Source: Euryarchaeota archaeon UBA91
GTDB lineage: Archaea; Thermoplasmatota; Poseidoniia; Poseidoniales; Poseidoniaceae
DNA: 35,521 nt
Assembly: GCA_002499705.1 (NCBI GenBank)
Contig: DAMU01000079.1
Span: 1 to 35,521, forward strand
Reading direction: 5' to 3'
This document shows, piece by piece, positions 9,956 to 19,341 of this stretch (positions within the stretch are counted from its first letter, which is position 1; each line of letters opens with the position of its first letter). Both the position numbers and the translations under genes were made by a program. The notes under the pieces were generated by a model. That model did no database searches, had not been told where the DNA came from, and saw nothing but the letters and a program-made list of their open reading frames with translations.

Positions 9956-10699
9956 TCAAGCAGCCACATCAAGCCATTCATACCCTTTGTCTTCTAGGCG
10001 GAGCGCAAGTTCAGGTCCACCGGTTCGAACGATTACACCGTCAATCATTGCGTGGACGAAATCGGGCTTAACAAGATCGAGCAATCTTTGATAATGAGTA
10101 ATGATGAGGCAACCTGAATTAACAGCAACTTCGTTGATTCCTTGAGCAACAATTCGTAGCGCGTCGATATCCAATCCAGAGTCTGTTTCATCAAGCAGTG
10201 CAAGGTGAGGCTGGAGCAAGAGCATCTGTAAAATCTCGAGGCGCTTCTTTTCCCCACCGCTGAATCCGTCATTTACGTAACGAGAGAGGAAACTTTTGTC
10301 CATTGATAATTGCTCCATTGCGGCGTTTAGTTCTTTACGGAAAGCACGACCTTTTGGAGGTTCGTCTCGTACTGATGCTACAGATTTTTTGAGGAACGTT
10401 CCGACTTGAACTCCTGGAATTGATGCGGGATACTGGAATGAAAGGAACATACCGGCTCGGGCTCTCTCGAAAACTTCGAGCTCTTCCAGTGGTTGGCCCT
10501 TGTAGAAGATGCTTCCTTCTGTAATCACATAGGCCGGATGACCCATGACAACATTGGCTAAAGTTGACTTTCCAGCACCGTTTCGGCCCATTACTGCGTG
10601 AATCTCTCCCCGATTGATGATGAGGTTGACTCCGTTGAGAATCGGGGTTCCTTCAACACTGACGTGAAGATTTTCGACCCGTAAAATCTCATCTACCAT
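9956..10699 (-). CDS. sufC: Fe-S cluster assembly ATPase SufC
   Basis: GRNGAGKST, FQYP, VNDGFSGGEKKR, LDETDSGLDIDAL, ITHYQRLL. Start chosen after the GGTGAG RBS; alternative ATG at 10711. Confidence 0.96.
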   Translation of the reverse strand: MVDEILRVENLHVSVEGTPILNGVNLIINRGEIHAVMGRNGAGKSTLANVVMGHPAYVITEGSIFYKGQPLEELEVFERARAGMFLSFQYPASIPGVQVGTFLKKSVASVRDEPPKGRAFRKELNAAMEQLSMDKSFLSRYVNDGFSGGEKKRLEILQMLLLQPHLALLDETDSGLDIDALRIVAQGINEVAVNSGCLIITHYQRLLDLVKPDFVHAMIDGVIVRTGGPELALRLEDKGYEWLDVAA

Positions 10700-10822
10700 A
10701 CGCTCACCCATATACTCCTCGCGCAACTCCTTTATCAAGTGGTGTAATAATGCCCCATATGATATATCAAGAACAGAGTCCCAATAATAGTATTCAAGAA
10801 GAAGGGGTTGTGAGCAAGCAAC

Positions 10823-11281
10823 ATGACCGACGATGACCTCGTTGCCAAATATGCTGCTGAAGCAAAGGCGGCAATGTCGTTAGAAGCAAAGCGTCGAATT
10901 GACGAAGCTACTGACCCTGTTGAAGAACAACGCCTTCGTTCGACTTCCCTTTTGCAGTTCATTGGAACAAGTGAGTTTGTGCCAGCGCTTCTCGCACGCT
11001 TAGGAGATGTACGTGCAGCTCTTGATGGACATGGTGGTGGGATTGCAGTTTCCTCTCTTGATTGGGGTGAAAGTGCTGCATCAGAACTCGATTTAGTTCT
11101 TGACCTGACCGGTGCATGCCTTTCATGCGGCGCAGCACCTGGAACACTTGAAGGGGTGAAAAAAGACTTGGAAGACGATGCCGAAATCTGCCGGATTCGA
11201 TTTTCATCCGCTTTACTCGATACTTTTGACGAGTTAGGCAGAGAATTCATTCTTGCCCATGGTGCTGTAGAATTTGTTTGA
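10823..11281 (+). CDS. NifU C-terminal/Nfu-type Fe-S carrier protein
   Basis: VRAALDGHGGGI...LTGACLSCGAAPGTL (NifU-C CxxC signature); divergent from sufC. Confidence 0.8.
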   Translation: MTDDDLVAKYAAEAKAAMSLEAKRRIDEATDPVEEQRLRSTSLLQFIGTSEFVPALLARLGDVRAALDGHGGGIAVSSLDWGESAASELDLVLDLTGACLSCGAAPGTLEGVKKDLEDDAEICRIRFSSALLDTFDELGREFILAHGAVEFV

Positions 11282-11335
11282 GCATGGATTCTATCAACGG
11301 ATGGTTTGAAACACACAGATGGAGGGGTTTGCAGT

Positions 11336-13600
11336 ATGGGAGCATGGACGGATGGACCTCGCAAGGAACCGGCTCCATGCCGAGAGGCTGACACGGGATT
11401 GTTTGAGGTCACCTCTCGAGATGGCCGAGGGCGTTTAGGTCGATTGCATACAGCCCATGGCATTCTTGAGACGCCAGCATTGTTACCAGTGATTAATCCC
11501 AATATCCGCACGATTGAGCCTCGTGAAATGTGGGACAGATATGGCATAGGTGCCTTGATTACAAATTCATACATTATCTGGAAACATGAAAGTCTCAAAG
11601 AAGTAGCAACAAAAGAAGGCGTTCACACACTCTTGGATTATCCGGGTGTAATCATGACCGATTCTGGAACGTTTCAAGCCTACATTTACGGAGATGTTGA
11701 AGTTGGGGTTGAAGAAATTGTCGAATTCCAAAAAAGCATTGGCGTCGATATTGCAACAATGCTCGACGTCTTTTCACGCCCAGATATGACTGAAGAACAG
11801 GTTGCGCAATGTGTCAAAGAAACGATTGAACGCGCCCCTGCGAGTCTTTCTGCTGCCGGCCCCACCATGCTCAATGGGCCAATTCAGGGAGGGTTGTTCA
11901 AACATCTTCGCACGCAATCCGCTCAAGGCATGGGAGAGTTTGACTTTGCAATCCATCCGATTGGTGGTATTGTCCCCGTAATGGAACGACATATGTACAA
12001 GGACTACGCGAAAATTATGCTGGCTTCAATCCCCTATTTACCTCCAAATCGTCCAGTCCACATGTTTGGTTGCGGTCACCCAATGTTGTTTCCCATGTCG
12101 ATTGCTTTAGGTGCCGACTTGTTTGATTCGGCTGCCTATGCTCTGTTTGCACGTGATGGTCGTTTGTTAACACCATGGGGTACTCAAAAAATCGGAACAT
12201 TGGTCGAATGGCCAGAACGGATGCCCTGTGTTTCTGCCTACACGCCCGAAGATGTTCGAGCAATGGCAAAGGATGAGAAAACCGCTTTACTTGCTCGCTA
12301 CAACCTTGAAGTGACTCTGTCAGAACTCGACCGGTGCAAGCAAGCCATACGCGACGGAACCCTTTGGCGTTTAGCTGAACGAAGAAGTCATCAGCATCCG
12401 GCTCTTCGTGAAGCGTTCTTATGGATTTCAACAAGCCCGCATAACAAAAAACTCGACCTGCAGTTTTTAGATGAACTGATTCTTGATGACCGCGATGCTG
12501 CCCGTGACCGAGACCAAAATGCTGGGAAATGGGAAGACGCATGGGATTGGATTGTTCAATCTCAGGAATCACCACGTAAAGGTGGAGAGCCTTGGGGAGG
12601 AGAAGATACCCACGTGAGACCTCACATTAATGCTGCTAAAAAAGCATTGAGAAACCATTGGAGGCCTCAAAACAAATCTGGTCGAGGTTCCCAAGAAGTC
12701 TTAGTTGCTTATGGGACATCGGGGCCGTGGAGAGAACGTTTAAGCGATCTTATGGTCCGATTAGAACATCATTGCCCAGGCTTGGAAGTCATGATTCAGA
12801 CCCCCATCGGACTGCTTCCCTATTCTCTTGAAGACTTGAATCCATTTACCCATATTGATGGCCCACAGTGGCTGTGGCGACGTCGTCCAAATTCGCTTTC
12901 AATACGGGAGGAACTCGAACACTACGGCATGGGGGAGCGTAGGATTATCTTGGTTGATTTACTCGGAGACGGAATCCAATCTCGAGCCATTTCTGCACTT
13001 GAACAAGCAGGTGTTTTAGAAGGCAATGAAGATGTAAAAGTACATACTGAGCCAATGGAAAAAGAGCAACGAGAAAAAGCAAAACTTCACCTCCAACGCC
13101 GCCATGTTGCCGATAAAATGGTCCTCTTACTGAACATGGACGCTGAAGATGTAGAACTGATTTTGGAGGATTCCACATTCGTTGTCAATCGTCTAGGACG
13201 GGTGAAAAATGCGATTTTAGCAGATGGAACGCACATCGTAAGCCCTCGCCTCACCGATGGAGGCTTGTCGATTGCAGATGGTGGAGCCAAACAGATTCAT
13301 GCACATCGAACCACACCTCTACCTCTTGGGTTTGAGCAGAGCGAACCTGAAGCAAACCTCTCAAAAGGGCCTGCATGGGTGGTTGTAAACGACGATGCAG
13401 AACCCTTTGTTCGACAAGGGAGAAATGTATTCCATGGCTTCATTCTTGGTTGCGACGGTTGGATTTCTCCAGGAGATGGTTGTTTACTCGTCAACCAAAA
13501 GGGCGAACTTATCGGTCATGGTATATCTCAATGCACTCCTCGAGAAATGAGGGATTTCCGAAAAGGGGTAGCAGTAAAAACACGAGGCGGAATAAAATAA
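11336..13600 (+). CDS. tgtA: Archaeosine tRNA-guanine(15) transglycosylase with C-terminal PUA domain
   Basis: ETPALLPVINP, ITNSYII, MTDSGTFQ, PIQGG, PIGGIVP, HMFGCGHP, DLFDSAAY, and PUA-like end GRNVFHGFI...GVAVKTR. Confidence 0.93.
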   Translation: MGAWTDGPRKEPAPCREADTGLFEVTSRDGRGRLGRLHTAHGILETPALLPVINPNIRTIEPREMWDRYGIGALITNSYIIWKHESLKEVATKEGVHTLLDYPGVIMTDSGTFQAYIYGDVEVGVEEIVEFQKSIGVDIATMLDVFSRPDMTEEQVAQCVKETIERAPASLSAAGPTMLNGPIQGGLFKHLRTQSAQGMGEFDFAIHPIGGIVPVMERHMYKDYAKIMLASIPYLPPNRPVHMFGCGHPMLFPMSIALGADLFDSAAYALFARDGRLLTPWGTQKIGTLVEWPERMPCVSAYTPEDVRAMAKDEKTALLARYNLEVTLSELDRCKQAIRDGTLWRLAERRSHQHPALREAFLWISTSPHNKKLDLQFLDELILDDRDAARDRDQNAGKWEDAWDWIVQSQESPRKGGEPWGGEDTHVRPHINAAKKALRNHWRPQNKSGRGSQEVLVAYGTSGPWRERLSDLMVRLEHHCPGLEVMIQTPIGLLPYSLEDLNPFTHIDGPQWLWRRRPNSLSIREELEHYGMGERRIILVDLLGDGIQSRAISALEQAGVLEGNEDVKVHTEPMEKEQREKAKLHLQRRHVADKMVLLLNMDAEDVELILEDSTFVVNRLGRVKNAILADGTHIVSPRLTDGGLSIADGGAKQIHAHRTTPLPLGFEQSEPEANLSKGPAWVVVNDDAEPFVRQGRNVFHGFILGCDGWISPGDGCLLVNQKGELIGHGISQCTPREMRDFRKGVAVKTRGGIK

Positions 13601-13677
13601 CAACTCTAGAATGACGCACAAAAACGTGGTGTACTTCAAAGAGCGTCTTATACCTCTCAACTTTGAGGGGGAGTGCA

Positions 13678-14688
13678 ATGCAGGACGACCTTATCATCAA
13701 AACCACCAATTTGACCAAATCTTATGGTCCACATGTGGCGTTGAGTAAACTCAACCTCTCGGTCCCGAAAGGGGCTACTGGATTACTCGGACCCAACGGG
13801 GCGGGAAAATCGACTTTCCTGAAAACGATACTTGGATTAATCCAGACTACAGAAGGTGAAGGTACAGTTCTTGGCCTCGACATTCGCACCAAAGGAGATG
13901 AAATACGCTCACGTATTGGCTACATGCCAGAATATGACTCTCTCAATCCCGAGATGGAAGCGATTCATCAGGTTCGATATTCTGGAGAATTGCTTGGAAT
14001 GAATCCTACTATCGCTCTTGCCCGAGCACATGAAACCCTGCAATATGTCGGATTGGGTGAACAACGCTATCGAAATATCGGAAGTTATTCGACTGGAATG
14101 AAACAAGCAACAAAACTTGCATGTGCCCTCATTCACGACCCAGAACTGATCATCGCTGATGAACCTTCAAACGGCCTGGATATATCTGCTCGAGATTATA
14201 TGATTGATACATTGACAAACACCGTACAATCGGGAAACCGTTCAGTATTGATGGCGTCACATTTGATGGATGACGTTGAACGTGTGTGTGATAATTTTAT
14301 TCTTTTACACAAAGGTAAACTCGCTGCCCAAGGCCGAATAGAAGACCTCAAAGCATTTGACCGAGAAATAGAGATTCACGTATGGGGTGGTGCCTCTCGT
14401 TTGGAAGATGCAATGTTGAAAAAAGGCATGAGTGTCCGTAGAGAAGGTCGAGTAATGCGAATTCTCCACGAACAAGAGGACACAACCTCACTCATTTTGA
14501 GTTGCGCTGCTGAGGTTGGGGCACAAATCCGCAGAATGCATGAATACGAGGCGTCTTTGGAAGACTTGTTTCTCTCAATCATGGAAAACTTAGGCTATGA
14601 AGTCAAATCAAGTGAGGATTTGTTAGGAAACCCTCTCAATGCTCGCAAGGTCGATGCTCCTGAGCATATGGGTGGTGGTTCAGCTTGA
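13678..14688 (+). CDS. ABC-2 type exporter ATP-binding subunit 1
   Basis: GPNGAGKST, YSTGMKQ, IADEPSNGLD, ASHLM. Confidence 0.92.
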   Translation: MQDDLIIKTTNLTKSYGPHVALSKLNLSVPKGATGLLGPNGAGKSTFLKTILGLIQTTEGEGTVLGLDIRTKGDEIRSRIGYMPEYDSLNPEMEAIHQVRYSGELLGMNPTIALARAHETLQYVGLGEQRYRNIGSYSTGMKQATKLACALIHDPELIIADEPSNGLDISARDYMIDTLTNTVQSGNRSVLMASHLMDDVERVCDNFILLHKGKLAAQGRIEDLKAFDREIEIHVWGGASRLEDAMLKKGMSVRREGRVMRILHEQEDTTSLILSCAAEVGAQIRRMHEYEASLEDLFLSIMENLGYEVKSSEDLLGNPLNARKVDAPEHMGGGSA

Positions 14689-15722
14689 CCACTCAAGAAG
14701 AAACACTGCCTCAATCAGTTGAGTTCGCTGCTGAAGCACCAGTAACGGGTAAAGTTCGTCTAGAGGCTGCGTGGGGTTCGACGGAAGGAGATGAAGACCT
14801 TAGCGAAACGATGAGTTCGGCGCCAAAATCAGATGGGCAAATATTCAAGCAACAATACAAACCATGGAACGGAGAACTCAATCCAAGATGGATGCGAAAC
14901 TGGGCAATTCTTCGGCATCATTTACTCGGCGTTTTCAAGAAAGGCCACCGACCATGGGGAGTTCCGATTCGATTGTATCTCTTGGTCGTCTTTGTTGCCT
15001 CTCTTTCCGATGTAGGTATGACGCTGGTATCCGGACTTATCGGAGATTCAGGCCTTCATTCCGTATGGGGTGTAAGTCGAGATAATCTCTATGCTCACGT
15101 TCTTGGTTTCTTTCCGCGCAACATGCTCTACTATCCGGTCGTCGCCGCTCTCTTGGTTGGAGGTGTGATCTCTGAAGACCGCCAACATGGAACATCTGCA
15201 CTCTACTTTTCAAGGCCTATTACCCGATTTGACTATGTAGGCATGAAGTTCATTTCAGTTGCCCTCATCCAAGGATTACTCATCTTAGTGACATTAGCAC
15301 TCTACTATTTCGCTGAAATTGCGACCATGGGGAGGGGATGGGCATGGATTATTGACACCTTCCCGATGTTCCTTGCAACGGTATTCAGCGCACTCTTACT
15401 CATCTTCACCTATACCAGCATTGGGCTCTCCTTATCCAGTGTTTCAAAGGGGAAATTTTTCCCTGGAATTGCCTTACTTTCAATCATTCTTGGGACCAAA
15501 GTTTTAGCATTCATAGTCTCAAATCTCTTTGACCGTGAAATACTCTATCTTCTCTCTCCTTACGACTGCTTAGCCCATGTAGGTCAAGCCATAATTGGAA
15601 CTCAACCAACCTATGACCAGTATTCATGGACATGGTCATTAGCATCGCTTGTAGCGATGAATGGTGTAGCCTTGTATGTCTTGAGCACCCGTGTTTCATC
15701 AATGGAGGTGACCCGAGAATGA
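14685..15722 (+). CDS. ABC-2 type exporter permease 1
   Basis: About 6 TM segments; ISEDRQHGTSALYFSRPITRFDY motif; TTGA overlap with the upstream ATPase. Confidence 0.88.
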   Translation: MTTQEETLPQSVEFAAEAPVTGKVRLEAAWGSTEGDEDLSETMSSAPKSDGQIFKQQYKPWNGELNPRWMRNWAILRHHLLGVFKKGHRPWGVPIRLYLLVVFVASLSDVGMTLVSGLIGDSGLHSVWGVSRDNLYAHVLGFFPRNMLYYPVVAALLVGGVISEDRQHGTSALYFSRPITRFDYVGMKFISVALIQGLLILVTLALYYFAEIATMGRGWAWIIDTFPMFLATVFSALLLIFTYTSIGLSLSSVSKGKFFPGIALLSIILGTKVLAFIVSNLFDREILYLLSPYDCLAHVGQAIIGTQPTYDQYSWTWSLASLVAMNGVALYVLSTRVSSMEVTRE

Positions 15723-16711
15723 TTCCTGATTTTGACCAACAAGGTAAAGCACAAACCCAGCAGTGGAAGCCTGAAGTGGCTGCGCCCGCTATTTTGCTGG
15801 AAAATGTATCAAAAAGTTACGGGCGCATTTTTGCATTATCAAACATAACTCTGGCATTAAACGGCGGAGTTACTGGAGTGCTGGGGATGAATGGAGCAGG
15901 AAAATCCACTCTGTTTAATCTCCTCATGGGTAAACTGAAAGTGAGTCAGGGCAGTGTCAAATTATTTGGTACAGACCCGTGGAAAAATCCAGCACCCTAT
16001 GCACGTGTAGGCTTTGTTCCAGAGCATGAAAAAATGTATGATTGGATGACCGGGCATGAGTTTGTATCTACATTTGCACGATTGAATGGCCTCACTCGAG
16101 ATGAAGCGAAAGGAGAGGCGGATAGGGTATTGGATTTCGTAAGTTTGACAGATGTTGCTCACAAAAAAATCGGACAATACTCGAAAGGAATGCGCCAACG
16201 TGTTAAAATCGCCCATGCATTGGTCAATGACCCGGAGTTGATCATTCTGGATGAGCCGCTTCAAGGCTGCGACCCACTGGCCCGTACGACCATCATGAAT
16301 GTCATAAGAGAACTTGGAAGAATGGGCCGAACGGTTCTGGTCAGCAGTCATATATTACAAGAAATAGAGCGAATTACTGAACAAATTATCATCCTTCATC
16401 AAGGTCGATTACTCGCCCTTGGCAACCTCCATTCGATCCGAGAGAGGCTGGATAAAATACCCCATCGGATTTCAATTCAAACTGATGACCCCAAAGCGTT
16501 AGCAAAAGATGTCATCGACATTGATGAGGTATTTGGCATCTCATTCCCTGACGGAAGAAATCTTTCCATTCAAACACATAATCTTGGTGCGATACATTCT
16601 CGACTCCCACGCATCATTGTCGATAATAACCACAAAGTGAGCACAATCGACAACCCTGATGATGACCTTGCATCCATTTTGGGTTATTTGACATCTGGAG
16701 GTGGAGTTTGA
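15719..16711 (+). CDS. ABC-2 type exporter ATP-binding subunit 2
   Basis: GMNGAGKST, YSKGMRQR, ILDEPLQGCD, SSHIL; ATGA overlap. Confidence 0.92.
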   Translation: MIPDFDQQGKAQTQQWKPEVAAPAILLENVSKSYGRIFALSNITLALNGGVTGVLGMNGAGKSTLFNLLMGKLKVSQGSVKLFGTDPWKNPAPYARVGFVPEHEKMYDWMTGHEFVSTFARLNGLTRDEAKGEADRVLDFVSLTDVAHKKIGQYSKGMRQRVKIAHALVNDPELIILDEPLQGCDPLARTTIMNVIRELGRMGRTVLVSSHILQEIERITEQIIILHQGRLLALGNLHSIRERLDKIPHRISIQTDDPKALAKDVIDIDEVFGISFPDGRNLSIQTHNLGAIHSRLPRIIVDNNHKVSTIDNPDDDLASILGYLTSGGGV

Positions 16712-18042
16712 TGGCTACAAAACCCCAGTCGATATACCGCTCACTTGATAGAAAAGCGTCAGCTATCATCGAATTTACACTCCGGCAGTATCGGACAAAA
16801 AAATCAACATGGGTTGTCTTAGGTGTAGGATTTACCGCACTATCACTCATCTTCTTGATCTACATTGATGTGATGGCATCTGAGTTTGAGTCAATTGATA
16901 ATGATGGAGATTCAACCGATTATGATAACGATGGATATCCAAGAGGACAAGAAATTCTCCTCGGAACAGACCCATGGGATGGTGATTCACACCCAGGATT
17001 ATTTGACCCACCTATTGACCCAGATCCAAAGTCTATGTATATCAATGAAGACGGATTTGATTGGGACGTCACCATACGACTTGGAGAGCAATCTACAGGA
17101 TATGATGACGATGGAGATTGTTTAGATTCGAATAAAACAGCCTCCCAGAAAGACACCAATGACAACGGTATTCCGTGCGACATTGTCATCGAATATTATC
17201 GCCTCTCTGACGGAAATTATTACGCCAATATTGATGCTGATTCAGGCGTCGACGAAGACCCAGATGAAGATGCATATTCGCGAGAAGCAATCCACATTGC
17301 ATTTGTCCTTTCAATCGGCAAACTTGGATTTGTGCTGTTGCTAGGAATCTTCCTCCCCCTGTTCATGGCAACTGGGCTGATTCGGGATGAAATGAATTCT
17401 GGAACGATGCACTTCATGCTCGCTAAACCTATTGCTCGAACGGAAGTTTTCCTCTATCGTACGTTGGGATATCTTGGGATTGTTTGGCCTTATGTCATCG
17501 TCCTTGGAATTCTTGGGGCTGTCGTTTCTGGTTTTGCAGGTTCCGGAGACAGTTTCTTTCGGTTTGCAGACTTAGGGGTTTGGCTGGCGATCATATTCGC
17601 AACAATGATGGCTACACTCGTGTATGGTATGCTGTTTAACGCACTTGGTGTTCTGTGGAAGTATGGTATCATTCTCGCCATACCCTTTGCAGCATGGGAA
17701 TTGGGTATGGCCTTGCTATCGATGGGCGCACCAGATGCAACGCTACTTCGATTCTCAATAATTGGTTGGGCTTTGATGATTATTGATGCTGCAGCAATGT
17801 TGGTCTGGCCGAATCTTGATTTGTTCATTCTCATGGGTAACTGGGGCGGAGAAGGTAATGCAGGTTGGAATTTCGATACATCACTCGAAGGTGCTGGCCC
17901 ATTGGGCTTCTTCTCATCAAAACCTGGACTCGGACTTTCTGCTTTCACAGCGATGATTGTTTCAACGCTCGTCTTACTGTTCCAAGCAGCAATATTTTGG
18001 TTCATTGGTGGAGCTTTGTTCAAGGGTAAGGAGATACAATAA
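16711..18042 (+). CDS. ABC-2 type exporter permease 2 with Asp-rich extracytoplasmic loop
   Basis: IRDEMNSGTMHFMLAKPIARTE permease motif; multiple TM segments; DxDxDG-type repeats after TM1; TGATG coupling. Confidence 0.86.
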   Translation: MATKPQSIYRSLDRKASAIIEFTLRQYRTKKSTWVVLGVGFTALSLIFLIYIDVMASEFESIDNDGDSTDYDNDGYPRGQEILLGTDPWDGDSHPGLFDPPIDPDPKSMYINEDGFDWDVTIRLGEQSTGYDDDGDCLDSNKTASQKDTNDNGIPCDIVIEYYRLSDGNYYANIDADSGVDEDPDEDAYSREAIHIAFVLSIGKLGFVLLLGIFLPLFMATGLIRDEMNSGTMHFMLAKPIARTEVFLYRTLGYLGIVWPYVIVLGILGAVVSGFAGSGDSFFRFADLGVWLAIIFATMMATLVYGMLFNALGVLWKYGIILAIPFAAWELGMALLSMGAPDATLLRFSIIGWALMIIDAAAMLVWPNLDLFILMGNWGGEGNAGWNFDTSLEGAGPLGFFSSKPGLGLSAFTAMIVSTLVLLFQAAIFWFIGGALFKGKEIQ

Positions 18043-19244
18043 TGCCTGAAATGAAAGCATTTACCGGAGACCTTTCGAAAATGTGGTCACTTCAAGACCG
18101 CCCTCCTCTTCATCATCTCACATGGGATTGGTGGTGGTGGTTGGTCATGCTCGATGACCCTGAAGGCCGTCCAAGTGGGCGCCAACTGATGGTCTTGTGG
18201 TCGACAAAGGACAATGCTTTGGTCGATGTGAACGGCATGCCATGGATGCCCGCCGGTCGACCGGGCTTTGACGACGAAAAAGGAATGGCCTTAGACGGCA
18301 TGGTTTGCGCTTGGTGGTTTGATGGAAAGCGAATGCATGAACCGGTGATTCAACAGATTTGTCGTATGATTTCTTTGCCAGATACCCATTCACACTGGCC
18401 AGAAAAATCAGGTCAGACTGGAAAGGGCGGTGGAGCTGTAGTACCTCTTCTGGAAAAGGACCTTTCAATGGGTCTAAAAAGTGATTTAAGTTCGTTTTGG
18501 ATTCAGTTAACAACCGATGAAAAAGCCTCACATCCAATGGTTCCAAAAAAGTTTGATCTTGAACTCACGCCTTGGAACTCTGCCTTATCGACCGCACGTC
18601 AAGCGAATGCAACCTACGCTGCAAACATGGGCTATGATATCCTTCGCTTACATGGGACTCGTGTCCATGGAATGTTGGATGAACAAGAAGTGTCAGGCAC
18701 GGCTTATTTCCAAAAGGTCTGTGTTCAAGCACCTTCAGTACCGTGGTATTGGGGGATGCTTCATCTCAACGATGGATCATACATTGATTGGTTCTTGCCC
18801 CATGTGTCGTTTACGGTTAGCGCTAGAGATAATCGACCTTGGAAACGACGAGATACGGGACATCTAGGACTTTCACAAGGTGGCTTGTTTCATGACCCAA
18901 TCAATGACCGTTCTGAGCGTTTTACCAACGTCCGTGTTCGAAAGTTATCTTCTGATTTAACTGAAGGCGAGCATGGACAAACTCCCGGTGCACCACTCCC
19001 TGTTTTTGAAATTAAAATGTGGAATGAAAGAACAACAATCGAGTTACGGGTTCAAGCCATTGAACGGGCGCATTGGACGTTTAATCAACCGACGCGTGGC
19101 GGAATTAAATCCCACCTCACCTACAACGAATACCCGTTAAGAATGGAATATCTTCGAATTCAAGATGAATTTGGTACTCGTAAGGAAACCGATTATGATT
19201 GGGCGAGAGGAAATGCAGAACATTCCTGGGGCTTGCTGCATTAA
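18042..19244 (+). CDS. Hypothetical protein, CrtC/AttH/tocopherol cyclase-like beta-fold
   Basis: N-terminal WDWWWW and second-half GTAYFQKV...PWYWG resemble the EWWY and GxGYxE/DxxW...WxW motifs of the lipocalin-like CrtC/tocopherol cyclase clan; TAATG coupling to permease 2. Confidence 0.55.
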   Translation: MPEMKAFTGDLSKMWSLQDRPPLHHLTWDWWWWLVMLDDPEGRPSGRQLMVLWSTKDNALVDVNGMPWMPAGRPGFDDEKGMALDGMVCAWWFDGKRMHEPVIQQICRMISLPDTHSHWPEKSGQTGKGGGAVVPLLEKDLSMGLKSDLSSFWIQLTTDEKASHPMVPKKFDLELTPWNSALSTARQANATYAANMGYDILRLHGTRVHGMLDEQEVSGTAYFQKVCVQAPSVPWYWGMLHLNDGSYIDWFLPHVSFTVSARDNRPWKRRDTGHLGLSQGGLFHDPINDRSERFTNVRVRKLSSDLTEGEHGQTPGAPLPVFEIKMWNERTTIELRVQAIERAHWTFNQPTRGGIKSHLTYNEYPLRMEYLRIQDEFGTRKETDYDWARGNAEHSWGLLH

Positions 19245-19341
19245 TCATGCTGGAACAAAATTTTGCTCATTTCATTAAGATGATGCGGAGTGCAAGGTAT
19301 TATGTGCGTGGAGCGATAGTCAAGAAAGAGGAGAGATTGCA

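Noticed and set aside
10735-11598. 287-aa minus-strand ORF
   Set aside because: Antisense shadow of the Nfu gene and the tgtA 5' end; Ser/Arg/Pro-rich with no recognisable motifs.
12015-12575. 186-aa minus-strand ORF
   Set aside because: Lies entirely opposite the well-supported tgtA.
16885-17280. Asp-rich repeats as a DNA tandem repeat or CRISPR-like array
   Set aside because: The repetition is at the amino-acid level only; there are no identical nucleotide repeats with spacers.
17490-18023. 177-aa minus-strand ORF
   Set aside because: Antisense to the hydrophobic ABC permease; typical shadow frame.
19245-19341. Intergenic gap as a possible tRNA/ncRNA
   Set aside because: No cloverleaf, T-loop GTTCRA in a tRNA context or stable stem evident.
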